Source: a virus
Lineage: Duplodnaviria; Heunggongvirae; Uroviricota; Caudoviricetes
DNA length: 64,000 bases
Direction: 5' to 3' (one strand)
Virus record (IMG/VR): IMGVR_UViG_3300013232_000486
In this document: positions 32,171-40,437 of the stretch, one piece after another
Layout: each line of letters begins with the position of its first letter
How positions within the stretch are numbered: position 1 is the first letter of the stretch
Made by a program: the position numbers and the translations under genes
The notes under the pieces: generated by a model
Told to the model about the DNA's origin: nothing
Databases searched by the model: none
Seen by the model: the letters and a program-made list of their open reading frames with translations, nothing else

Positions 32171-32189
32171 CCACAATAAGGAGAATTTC

Positions 32190-32891
32190 GTGCCGAAGAA
32201 GATGAAGCATCGACAAAACGACCAACAGCCACAAACTCAAGAAAGGGGTCCAAAGACTGCAAGGGTCGTGGTCAGCGGCATGACCGACGGGCAAAAAGAA
32301 TACATTAAGGCAATCATAAACAACAGAGTCGTCTTCTGCGCGGGTCCAGCGGGGACGGGAAAGACCGCCGTGGCCGTCGGAATGGCGCTCCAGTACGTGT
32401 TGTCGCCTGGATCGCAATACAAGAGGATCGTCGTCATGAGGCCCGTCATGGAGGCCTGTGGCGAGCATATCGGCTTCATCCCAGGCGACCTCGAGAACAA
32501 AATGGCTCCATGGATCAAGCCAGTCCTAGACAACATGATGCCGTTCTTGCCGCCGAGCGAGGCGCAAGGGTTGTTCCGCGCTGGAATGGTCGAGGTAATC
32601 CCGTTGGCCTACGCCAGAGGAAGGTCTTTGAGTGACGCGTTCATCATCCTTGACGAGGCCCAGAACTGCTCCGACAAGCAGATGAAGATGGCTTTGACCA
32701 GGATGGGCAGGAACTCGAAGATGGTAATTGATGGAGATACGACTCAGCGCGACACAGAGGGTGTTTGTGGGCTAGCGGACGCCATGAACCGTCTGAGTGG
32801 TGTCCCAGGCATTTACATGATCGCCCTCGGTAAAGAAGACATCGTCCGAGACCCCATGATCAGCCTGATCTTAGAGAAGTACGACGAATAA
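32190..32891 (+). CDS. phoH: PhoH-like ATPase
   Basis: GTG at 32190 after AAGGAG; GPAGTGKT, GFIPGD, ARGRS, ILDEAQN, LTRMG, GDxxQRD, DIVRDP. Confidence 0.93.
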   Translation: MPKKMKHRQNDQQPQTQERGPKTARVVVSGMTDGQKEYIKAIINNRVVFCAGPAGTGKTAVAVGMALQYVLSPGSQYKRIVVMRPVMEACGEHIGFIPGDLENKMAPWIKPVLDNMMPFLPPSEAQGLFRAGMVEVIPLAYARGRSLSDAFIILDEAQNCSDKQMKMALTRMGRNSKMVIDGDTTQRDTEGVCGLADAMNRLSGVPGIYMIALGKEDIVRDPMISLILEKYDE

Positions 32892-32917
32892 AGGAACCAG
32901 TGCTGTTTGGAAAGAAT
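32892..32917 (+). promoter_or_regulatory. AGGA-N18-GAAT promoter motif
   Basis: AGGA accagtgctgtttggaaa GAAT upstream of 32939. Confidence 0.6.
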
Positions 32918-32938
32918 AGTCGTTTGAGGAGAAAAACC

Positions 32939-33430
32939 ATGCCTATCAAACTCACGAGAACCGATAACGTTGGCGAAGTCGTCAAGATGGCCATGCTTGC
33001 GCCTAAGATCAAAAAGGTTGCTGCGGCATTCGAAAAGAATGGGTTTGATCTCCCAAAGGACTTCACGTCAGACTTCGTCATGTGTCTGGCTGGAACCTAC
33101 GACTTGGATAACCCAGTCGGAGGACTCAGCGAAGAGGATGTGGGCAAGCTCAAAGAAGATCTGTTCAGGTTCTTGAGTGGTCGTGCCGATAAGGTTATGT
33201 CAATTCTCGAGAGAGTGGCGCCAGAACCTGGCGCTCGCAAAGCAAGGCTGGCGGATCTCATTAATACTGGGATGACTTCGTTCATAGGGCAGACAGATCC
33301 TCTACGAGCTGGTCAGGTGACGCCAGAAGCGAGACTTAGGATAGCGAACGAAACCGCTGACGAATTTATAGCGACCCAATCTGGAGCAGTAGGCTCTAGT
33401 GGAAAGATGATTTCTAACTTTGGAGTCTAG
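32939..33430 (+). CDS. Hypothetical protein
   Basis: ATG at 32939 after GAGGAG. Confidence 0.7.
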   Translation: MPIKLTRTDNVGEVVKMAMLAPKIKKVAAAFEKNGFDLPKDFTSDFVMCLAGTYDLDNPVGGLSEEDVGKLKEDLFRFLSGRADKVMSILERVAPEPGARKARLADLINTGMTSFIGQTDPLRAGQVTPEARLRIANETADEFIATQSGAVGSSGKMISNFGV

Positions 33431-33629
33431 CGCGTACCTCGGCTTGAAGCTCCTTGCGCCTATACGCCCTTAGTACAATCTTTCCGATCCCAGTTGATAT
33501 CTCTCTCATCTGTCCATAAGTCATTATGGACACTTCGTTTGGATGAATGCGATAAGGCTCGTCATCAGGATGAATCCATTCCCCGCTGTCGTTCTTGGTG
33601 AAGATCTGGGTAGGGTCTGTGTCGTTCAT
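33414..33629 (-). CDS. Small hypothetical protein with its own sigma70-like promoter
   Basis: SD GAGGAG; promoter at 33650-33678. Confidence 0.65.
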   Translation of the reverse strand: MNDTDPTQIFTKNDSGEWIHPDDEPYRIHPNEVSIMTYGQMREISTGIGKIVLRAYRRKELQAEVRARLQS

Positions 33630-33649
33630 CGCTGTCTCCTCTCACCTTT

Positions 33650-33678
33650 ACAATACCACGCATTGTCCTAATGTACAA
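33650..33678 (-). promoter_or_regulatory. Sigma70-like promoter TTGTAC-N17-TATTGT with extended TG
   Basis: The - strand reads TTGTAC attaggacaatgcgtgg TATTGT. Confidence 0.55.
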
Positions 33679-33702
33679 CATGCGTGCCTATCCCGCACGT
33701 GC

Positions 33703-34449
33703 TCACTTAGGTACTGGACCATACCACATGTGAAAGTTCTGCCGTCCAGTCGAGAAGTCTAGCTGGAACTGCCTATCCTCGTCAGTCCTTGGGTATCGCG
33801 TTTCCAAGAGCGCCTTGTTCCTTTTGGCCACGTCACTCCATCCCTTGATTCCGCCACAAGTTATGTTCCCTATATGCCAAATCGGGAAGTGGGTTCCCCA
33901 ATGAGGTAGCTGCTCGGGGACCTGAACGACCTTGTAGCCGATCTTTTGAGCCTTCAAGCAGAAGTCGGTATCCTCTCCAGCGCCAGGATTGAACACTTCA
34001 TCAAGGTAGCCAATCTCCTTGACGACGTCCCGTCGTATCCCAACGCAGAAGAACACCAAGAACGACTTGTCTTTTGCCCACCAGTCGATCGTGGATCCAG
34101 TAACTGCCACGGACTTGTCTTGGAGAGGATCGGTCAACATTCTGACCCACACATCATTTCCTCCCCAGTCCAGAATGGCCGCGTCGTCATTCAAAAGGAT
34201 CACGTTGTCGCCTTGGGCCGCGACCATGCCGATATTGACGGCCCGCGTGTATCCCAACGGCTCTGGACATGCCAACACGTGAAATGGAGCGCCCAAGCCA
34301 TTGGCCCATTCGACGGCCTCTGGAGGGGATCCGTTGCAAATGATCCAGACGTCCGATTGGGTCAAATCGGTAGTCTTCTGTATGCTCTGAACGCACTCTT
34401 TCAGGCCGTGGAAATTCTTGTACGTGGGGATGATGATGCTGTTCTTCAT
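33703..34449 (-). CDS. GT2 glycosyltransferase (probably leaderless)
   Basis: MKNSIIIPTY start at 34449; LGYTRAVNIG, LLNDD, GEDTDFC. The longer track start overlaps the divergent gene. Confidence 0.88.
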   Translation of the reverse strand: MKNSIIIPTYKNFHGLKECVQSIQKTTDLTQSDVWIICNGSPPEAVEWANGLGAPFHVLACPEPLGYTRAVNIGMVAAQGDNVILLNDDAAILDWGGNDVWVRMLTDPLQDKSVAVTGSTIDWWAKDKSFLVFFCVGIRRDVVKEIGYLDEVFNPGAGEDTDFCLKAQKIGYKVVQVPEQLPHWGTHFPIWHIGNITCGGIKGWSDVAKRNKALLETRYPRTDEDRQFQLDFSTGRQNFHMWYGPVPK

Positions 34450-34454
34450 AGGCC

Positions 34455-34463
34455 ATAATACCG
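34455..34463 (-). promoter_or_regulatory. Putative -10 element CGGTATTAT, 5 nt before ATG
   Basis: The - strand reads CGGTATTAT ggcct ATG. Confidence 0.45.
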
Positions 34464-34464
34464 T

Positions 34465-34490
34465 AGGAAGCCAGCCCGTCGGCATAGAAT
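34465..34490 (+). promoter_or_regulatory. AGGA-N18-GAAT promoter motif
   Basis: AGGA agccagcccgtcggcata GAAT upstream of 34512. Confidence 0.6.
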
Positions 34491-34511
34491 AAGAGTATGA
34501 GGAGACGTCCC

Positions 34512-34778
34512 ATGCCATGTACGCCAAATAGAAAGCCCCCCGAAGGGCCTCCAGCGCAATCCGTGTGGGCGCCAGACTACTTGCCGTCTGGACATGAGCA
34601 TCACGCCACGACCATGAGAATGGATTACAATCAAGGCATACCACCTAATTTTGACGAGCTTCCTCCAGAAGAACAGGAAAGGATCAAACAACGATACCAG
34701 TACCTTGGAATCAAGATGCGCTCTGATATCAAAGACAAGACCATCCCAATCCAAAAGGAAACGATGGACATACCATGA
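34512..34778 (+). CDS. Small Pro-rich hypothetical protein carrying a shared 18-aa motif
   Basis: SD GAGGAG; ATGA coupling to the next gene. Confidence 0.65.
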   Translation: MPCTPNRKPPEGPPAQSVWAPDYLPSGHEHHATTMRMDYNQGIPPNFDELPPEEQERIKQRYQYLGIKMRSDIKDKTIPIQKETMDIP

Positions 34779-35086
34779 ACTGGTTCCGAAAGATCGCGGC
34801 TCACGGAAACACGCTTGAAGGACAGATGTTCTCCCAAGAGCTGATCAAACTCACCAAGGACGTCAAGCGTCTCGTCGCCGAGGCACTTGACGGAGGCCCA
34901 AACAGCGTCCTTCCAAGGTGGCGTGGAGAGATCCGCCGAGCAATCCTCATGCTTCCAGTAGAAGAACGGTTGCCCAAGCTGAGCATGTACGAGATCAACG
35001 AACTAAAGACCAAGGTAGCCGAGATCAAGGCGAAGATAGAGAAGTACGACACGAAGAGGCTGATTCAGATTATGGGGGGCAAGTAG
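34775..35086 (+). CDS. Hypothetical protein (N-terminus MNWFRKIAA)
   Basis: Coupled operon gene. Confidence 0.7.
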   Translation: MNWFRKIAAHGNTLEGQMFSQELIKLTKDVKRLVAEALDGGPNSVLPRWRGEIRRAILMLPVEERLPKLSMYEINELKTKVAEIKAKIEKYDTKRLIQIMGGK

Positions 35087-35087
35087 A

Positions 35088-35291
35088 ATGCCCATCGTTA
35101 GGAATAACGTGGTCGTTGTTACAGAAAAGGACGGGACCAAGCGAGTAATCACGACCGCTGAGGAACTTCAGAAGTGGTTTGAAACTCTTTCCAAAGAGGA
35201 TGCTGAGCTTTACAAGGCCAGATACAGGTTTGAACCAGTCAGGAATATGACTGGAATTACTGACTATACGGGGACTCTTAGAGACCTATGA
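35088..35291 (+). CDS. Small hypothetical protein carrying a shared 18-aa motif
   Basis: Starts 1 nt after the upstream stop; ATGA overlap downstream. Confidence 0.65.
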   Translation: MPIVRNNVVVVTEKDGTKRVITTAEELQKWFETLSKEDAELYKARYRFEPVRNMTGITDYTGTLRDL

Positions 35292-35650
35292 ACTACAGAA
35301 ACATCCAATCCAAACAAGCTGGAAACCTCGATGTTAGCCAGATGCAGTTGTCGATCTCTATCGGGAACAAGGTGTACGCCATTTGCGATTCGGTGCAGCT
35401 TGAGCAAATGATCAACGGCGAATTGGAAAGGGCTTCCAACGAGTTGATTACAGCCCTCGCTGCCAAGAACCCAGACTCTAAGATTCCAGTGTACCCGACC
35501 GAAGAAGAGGTAAAGGCCCTCGCCAGAAAGAAGGTAGAGGAGAAGGGGTTTTCTACTCTGGACGCAGTATTGGCCAAGATGACCCCAGAGCAAGTGAAGC
35601 AATGGAAGGACTCATACAGGTTCACGCCGTTCAGCAGGAGGTCGCTGTAA
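35288..35650 (+). CDS. Hypothetical protein carrying a shared 18-aa motif
   Basis: Coupled at both ends. Confidence 0.7.
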   Translation: MNYRNIQSKQAGNLDVSQMQLSISIGNKVYAICDSVQLEQMINGELERASNELITALAAKNPDSKIPVYPTEEEVKALARKKVEEKGFSTLDAVLAKMTPEQVKQWKDSYRFTPFSRRSL

Positions 35651-36195
35651 TGAATATTCGCGTCATCAATGCCCAGGTAGAACCGTCCGCTCCGCCGATT
35701 GAAGAAGTGTCCAAGGAAGTCGATCAACTTGAGGCAAACGCTGAGGCTGGTGGCAAGGAACAAATGATCAAGGAACTCCTCGCCCAGTACAACTCCGAGA
35801 TAGAAACCTCCATGAACTACCTCGCAATCTCGCAGAACCTTCAAGGACTGCGAGCCGAGATCGTCAGGGAAGCCCTGGCAGCAGACGTCGACGTTGAGAT
35901 GGGTCATGCCAAGAAGATCGCTGCCCGCCTTCACGTTCTTGGGGTCATGGTTCCTTGCAGTCTGCACTTCAAGGCGGAGCAATCGTTCCTTAGCCACGAT
36001 AAGCACAAAGACATCGTAGCGGTGATAAAGGGAGTCATCGAGGCCGAGAAGGGCGCGGTTGCTCGTTACAAGCGGATCATCACCCTGGCAGATGGCATTG
36101 AGGATTGGGCGACAGTCGACGAGATGTCTCCCATCATGGTTGACGAGGAAAGTCACACAAGGGAGTTCCTTGATTTCCTCAAAGAGTTTGCGTAG
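35650..36195 (+). CDS. Ferritin-like (bacterioferritin/Dps-like) di-iron protein with acidic N-terminal extension
   Basis: TAATG start at 35650; ligand pattern E...EMGH...EAE...EESH. Confidence 0.85.
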   Translation: MNIRVINAQVEPSAPPIEEVSKEVDQLEANAEAGGKEQMIKELLAQYNSEIETSMNYLAISQNLQGLRAEIVREALAADVDVEMGHAKKIAARLHVLGVMVPCSLHFKAEQSFLSHDKHKDIVAVIKGVIEAEKGAVARYKRIITLADGIEDWATVDEMSPIMVDEESHTREFLDFLKEFA

Positions 36196-36196
36196 C

Positions 36197-36205
36197 CCGT
36201 ATAAT
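36197..36205 (+). promoter_or_regulatory. Putative -10 element CCGTATAAT, 5 nt before ATG (leaderless)
   Basis: CCGTATAAT cgttc ATG, with no SD. Confidence 0.5.
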
Positions 36206-36210
36206 CGTTC

Positions 36211-36879
36211 ATGAGCAGAGGCATCCTTGACGCCCTCTTTTGGCGGCTACATACAAGCTATCTCCTGAATGACCGAACGGCCAGTGAGAAGTTTCTGTCG
36301 TTGATCGTAGACGAACAGATAAACTCAAGCGCTACATTGCGTTATGAGATCGGCGAGCAGAACTACAAGAGATACCTAAAGATCAAGACGAATATCGAAA
36401 ACGGTTCATTCTCTAGGCTTTATGGGGGCGGCGGGAACGCACCAGATCCAATCTCAGACGTGTCCGAGACGGAAAAGGCAGAGAAGGAGTTCCATGTGGA
36501 ATTGATGTCCAACCCATATGCCTTGTTCTCCCTGATCGACGTTCCGAAAGACGCTATCGTGGTCCACGAGCTTGAAATGGCTGAGTACGGGAGATGCGAC
36601 TTCATATTCCGCCATGGCAAGACGATCACCGCGCTGGAAGTAAAGATGGGTGATGCGCCAACGTCCGTCGTGTCGCAGATAGACAAATATCGCCTTGGAC
36701 TTGAACTCGACATGTGTCTGAATCTGTATGATCAAGTAAGGGCCTTCGTCCTCGCGGGAGGATTCGGACCCTATGTGACATCTGAGTTGTCAAGGGTGGA
36801 CGTCGGGATGATCGTCCATCGTGGCAAGCCAGATGAACTGAGGTTGCTCAATGCGTCTGCTCAAGCGGTTCTGGCATAA
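36211..36879 (+). CDS. PD-(D/E)xK nuclease, NucS C-terminal-like
   Basis: EKEFH..E..GRCDFI..ALEVK..VVSQIDKY (E-D-ExK-QxxxY pattern). Confidence 0.7.
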   Translation: MSRGILDALFWRLHTSYLLNDRTASEKFLSLIVDEQINSSATLRYEIGEQNYKRYLKIKTNIENGSFSRLYGGGGNAPDPISDVSETEKAEKEFHVELMSNPYALFSLIDVPKDAIVVHELEMAEYGRCDFIFRHGKTITALEVKMGDAPTSVVSQIDKYRLGLELDMCLNLYDQVRAFVLAGGFGPYVTSELSRVDVGMIVHRGKPDELRLLNASAQAVLA

Positions 36880-37042
36880 CTTGTGCATGAGCGTGTCGCT
36901 CATGTTCCTCCGCTGGGCGGGTGAGGATCCCGATGTCGGCAGGCTCAAGTACTTGCTGGCCAAGGATTCCAATCTCACCCCAGAGGAAATCAAAGAGATC
37001 GATCGGCTGACCAAAGACGCCGACGTCGTCATCATGGAGTGA
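36851..37042 (+). CDS. Small hypothetical protein
   Basis: Fills the gap; GTGA overlap with the next gene. Confidence 0.5.
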   Translation: MRLLKRFWHNLCMSVSLMFLRWAGEDPDVGRLKYLLAKDSNLTPEEIKEIDRLTKDADVVIME

Positions 37043-37695
37043 ACCAAGTGGCTTGGATCGTCCAAAACACCAGCAATAGCATCGTATGCATCGATGATCT
37101 TGGGATTGTCCTTCAGCGCGGACAAACTCGCGACTTGGACCTCATCGGTCGAGACAATGTCGAGCGGAGTAGGAACCTGAAGAACGCCATCTCTGGAGGA
37201 CTACTCACAGAGATCAAAAAGGACGTCGTTTCTCCCGCTGGATCTGGCGTTGACCAACAAATGGTCGACTCCATGAAGAAGACCACCGAACAGGCGGTCG
37301 CTGCGGCGACCGCCGCTCAAGACGCGGTCAAGGTTCAAGCCGAAACGATCAAAAACCAGAATCAAGTCATGGCCGAGCAATCAGAGGCCCTCAAGAACAC
37401 GACGGCTGCATTGGACAAGATGAGGGGATTATTTGAGCGGTTCCCAGAGGAGATGCGGGCGATCAAAGACGCCATGACCAACATCAAGATCGAACGTACG
37501 GTCATTGCCGAGAAGCAAGCCGCTCCGCTCACTGACGGGATGTCCGAGGCCGAGCTGAAGACCCAAGAAAAGATACTCAAGAAGCGTGACGCCGCGCTAG
37601 AGAAGAACTATCAGCAGCTTGGAGAAACAATCACGAAGAAGGTCGACGCAGACCTTGGTGATGCCCTTGATGCGATGGATCAATTGGGGATTTAG
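37039..37695 (+). CDS. Coiled-coil protein with a shared small N-terminal domain
   Basis: Heptad-rich Ala/Gln/Lys C-terminal part; N-terminus similar to those in 20249 and 21670. Confidence 0.7.
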   Translation: MNQVAWIVQNTSNSIVCIDDLGIVLQRGQTRDLDLIGRDNVERSRNLKNAISGGLLTEIKKDVVSPAGSGVDQQMVDSMKKTTEQAVAAATAAQDAVKVQAETIKNQNQVMAEQSEALKNTTAALDKMRGLFERFPEEMRAIKDAMTNIKIERTVIAEKQAAPLTDGMSEAELKTQEKILKKRDAALEKNYQQLGETITKKVDADLGDALDAMDQLGI

Positions 37696-37698
37696 GAT

Positions 37699-37947
37699 AT
37701 GACAGAAGAAGAATTGAGAAAAAGACTTGTTCTTGAGGGAAGAATACAAGTTCTCGCCGACTACGCCATCAGGGACGCCTTTCGTGAGGTCATGATTGTC
37801 ATGATCAAGCAAGAGGCCAGAGACATAAAGATGGTTCGTCCAGACGAGGACGAGATGACGACGTACAAGGAGGCGACCAGACGCGCTCAACAACGTTTGG
37901 CAGATACCATTCAAACCGCATGCAACGGAAAATGTACTGGAAGCTAA
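37699..37947 (+). CDS. Hypothetical protein
   Basis: Starts 3 nt after the upstream stop. Confidence 0.6.
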   Translation: MTEEELRKRLVLEGRIQVLADYAIRDAFREVMIVMIKQEARDIKMVRPDEDEMTTYKEATRRAQQRLADTIQTACNGKCTGS

Positions 37948-37949
37948 AA

Positions 37950-38768
37950 ATGACCACAAGTGAAATGGAAATATTTGACGGTCTCATGTTGGGAGACGGA
38001 TGTCTTGAAAGACCTGGTAGTAGCACTGAAAACGTAAGGATGACGTTCTGTTTGAAATACGACAACTTTGCCAAGTCTATAAGCGGCAATCTAAAGTCTC
38101 TTCCGTGGAGGCCCATTAAGCCATATGATATTTATGACCATAGAACAAAGAAAACCTATTACGGAGTAAGTCTTAGAACGAGACGGTGTGAGTTTCTAAG
38201 AAAGCAGCGCATACGATGGTATCCTAATGGTACAAAAACAGTACCCGCTGACGTGAGCATTACTCCCTCTACCCTGATGTGGTGGTACTTGTCTGATGGA
38301 TGTCTAATGACCAATAAAGGTAGACCAAACGCACGAAGAATATCTCTTGCAACAAATTCTTTCTCTATGATTGAAATAGAGCTTCTTATAAGAAAACTTA
38401 AAAACATATTAGGCTCAAACGTATACGAAGAAAACTCGACGATAATAATTTCAGGAGCTTCAATCTGTAAGTTTTCTAACCTCGTGGGACGTACGTCTCC
38501 AGCATCGTGTTATCAGTATAAGTTTGATTTTGGTCAGTATCTAGACGTAGATTACAAAGAAAAAAGCTATGCCAAACGGCCTTCCGTAGTTAACTTTGGA
38601 GAGAGGATGAAAAGAGCCAATTCAAAACGTATAATGTGTGTTGAAACTGGAGAAATTTTCTCATCTCTGACTGAGGCCGCAAAGGCAGTTGGAAGAGTCG
38701 TTGGAGCGATCGGTTTCGCAGTCAATAGCGGGTCGTGTTGTTGTGGAAAACATTGGGTTCGAGCATAG
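37950..38768 (+). mobile_element. Free-standing double-motif LAGLIDADG homing endonuclease with NUMOD1-like C-terminus
   Basis: IFDGLMLGDG and MWWYLSDG motifs; LATNSFS; KRIMCVETGEIFSSLTEAAK. Visibly more AT-rich than its flanks. Confidence 0.85.
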
Positions 38769-38782
38769 ACAGGAGATAGAAA

Positions 38783-39880
38783 ATGAGTGAAATACTCGCG
38801 GCTTCTTTGGATCTTGGCACAATGTTCTTGCAGAGCGCAAGGGACGACGGCAAGGGCGGGGTCCTTTTCAATACCGTACGAGACTGCTTCCGAGAACTTG
38901 AATATGACCCAGAATTCGAGGACACTCTCCATACACAAGGAGCACACTACATCAAGGCAGACAATAAGCTTTACGTCCTCGGAAACGACGCTTACTTGCA
39001 AGCTGGGATGGCCGAGTTCGGAGCCTCTTTGAAGCCTGGGCAAGACATCGTGGAGATTCTCAAGCGTCCTATGAAGGATGGAATCCTTAATCCAGATAGT
39101 CCTAAGACCGCGCTGGTAATTCTGCGAGAACTAATGCGAGCATGCATTGAGAAAGACCTCGGAAAGGCCCGTGATGGAGAGATTTTGTACTTCTCGATTC
39201 CCGCCGACCCCGTGGATTCGCAGATCAATAACGTGTTCCATTCCAAGATGGCTGAGCAGTACTTGACCTCTCTTGGGTACGATGCAAGGGCTCTTGGCGA
39301 AGGCCTGGCCGTCATCTACTCAGAGAACCCGAAGATGCATGCGCCAGACGGTCTGATCCCCTTCACTGGTATTGGCATCAGCATGGGCGCTGGACAGTGC
39401 AATTTCTGCCTTGCGGAGCGTGGAATCCCGATGGACGAGTTCTCCGTGGCCCGCTCTGGCGACTGGATCGACTCAAACGCCGCTCGGATGACTGGACAGC
39501 CAAAGACCAAGGTGACTAGGATCAAAGAGCGCCAGTTGGATTTCAACAAGATCGACCAAACCAGCGAGGTCGTGATGGCGCTGGAATGCTACTATGACGA
39601 GTTGGTGAACTACGTTTTCGGCATCTTCGCCAAGCGGTTCGCTGGGAACAAGGGTTCCATTGACCATCCAATCGACGTGGTGATCTCTGGCGGTACGGCC
39701 AGCCCTTCTGGGTTTGATCGTCGGGTCAGGGCTCTCATTGAGAGGATGAACCTCCCATTCAAGGTTAACGAAGTCAGGATGGCCAAGGACATGATGCGGG
39801 CCGTGGCGAAGGGCTGTTACCTTCGCGCCAAGCAAGCGGCCAAAAAGTCCATGCTTGCGAAGGAAGTCATCAAATCATGA
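38783..39880 (+). CDS. Actin-like ATPase (MreB/MamK/Alp superfamily)
   Basis: All five actin-fold motifs: LDLGT, GEGLAV, GISMGAG, ISGGTA, AVAKGC. SD AGGAG. Confidence 0.85.
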   Translation: MSEILAASLDLGTMFLQSARDDGKGGVLFNTVRDCFRELEYDPEFEDTLHTQGAHYIKADNKLYVLGNDAYLQAGMAEFGASLKPGQDIVEILKRPMKDGILNPDSPKTALVILRELMRACIEKDLGKARDGEILYFSIPADPVDSQINNVFHSKMAEQYLTSLGYDARALGEGLAVIYSENPKMHAPDGLIPFTGIGISMGAGQCNFCLAERGIPMDEFSVARSGDWIDSNAARMTGQPKTKVTRIKERQLDFNKIDQTSEVVMALECYYDELVNYVFGIFAKRFAGNKGSIDHPIDVVISGGTASPSGFDRRVRALIERMNLPFKVNEVRMAKDMMRAVAKGCYLRAKQAAKKSMLAKEVIKS

Positions 39881-40122
39881 ACTCGTTCGAAGAAGTCATT
39901 GAAACGCTCAAGAAGTACGAGCCTCAGCATATTGAAATTGCCGACGATCCTCGTACCTTGAGGATAGGCTGGAAGATTTCCAGACCAGAGTTACATCTGA
40001 CCGTAGGGTTTCAGAATGCTAAGGCAACCTGGCCCAAGGCATTGTTCCAATTGACAATGTCCATGGAAGGCCGCAAGGCACTAAGAGACATTCTATACGA
40101 AAAGGCATGGGGCATAAAATGA
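39877..40122 (+). CDS. Hypothetical protein, tandem paralogue A
   Basis: Aligns end-to-end with the next gene. Confidence 0.7.
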   Translation: MNSFEEVIETLKKYEPQHIEIADDPRTLRIGWKISRPELHLTVGFQNAKATWPKALFQLTMSMEGRKALRDILYEKAWGIK

Positions 40123-40373
40123 AAGAAGTCACAGCCACAACGTTCGACGAAATCGTTGACGAGTTCAGGAAATACCCCAAACAAAGGATCTTGCCTGCGG
40201 ACATGCCATTCAAGCTTCGGGCGGGGTGGAGAATCGAAAATCCAGAGGTAATCGTGACCATAAGGATTGCAACCATTAGACGATGGTCTTCTGAGTTGCT
40301 TGATCTATTCAAAGACGAGGGTGGTCGAGAACGGATACGTAAGCTTATCGAGAAAAGGGCCTGGCCCGAATAG
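40119..40373 (+). CDS. Hypothetical protein, tandem paralogue B
   Basis: ATGA overlap; shares FxE..KY..AD.P..LR.GW.I..PE...W...GR...AW with paralogue A. Confidence 0.7.
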   Translation: MKEVTATTFDEIVDEFRKYPKQRILPADMPFKLRAGWRIENPEVIVTIRIATIRRWSSELLDLFKDEGGRERIRKLIEKRAWPE

Positions 40374-40437
40374 CCGCATAGAGGTTCTCGGCCCCTTCTG
40401 GTTAAACTAGGTAGTAGGAATACCAGGAGGCCAAGCG

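Noticed and set aside
31980-32189. Long N-terminal extension of PhoH in the ORF track
   Set aside because: It overlaps the 31856 gene; AAGGAG-GTG at 32190 is the better start.
34450-34644. Track N-terminal extension of the GT2
   Set aside because: It overlaps the divergent gene and promoters; the GT2 fold begins at MKNSIIIPTY.
35293-36156. 287-aa antisense ORF
   Set aside because: Shadow of the ferritin operon; no motifs or SD.
37920-38782. Group I intron or intein around the LAGLIDADG gene
   Set aside because: No non-coding flanks, the neighbouring genes look intact, and there are no intein splice residues.
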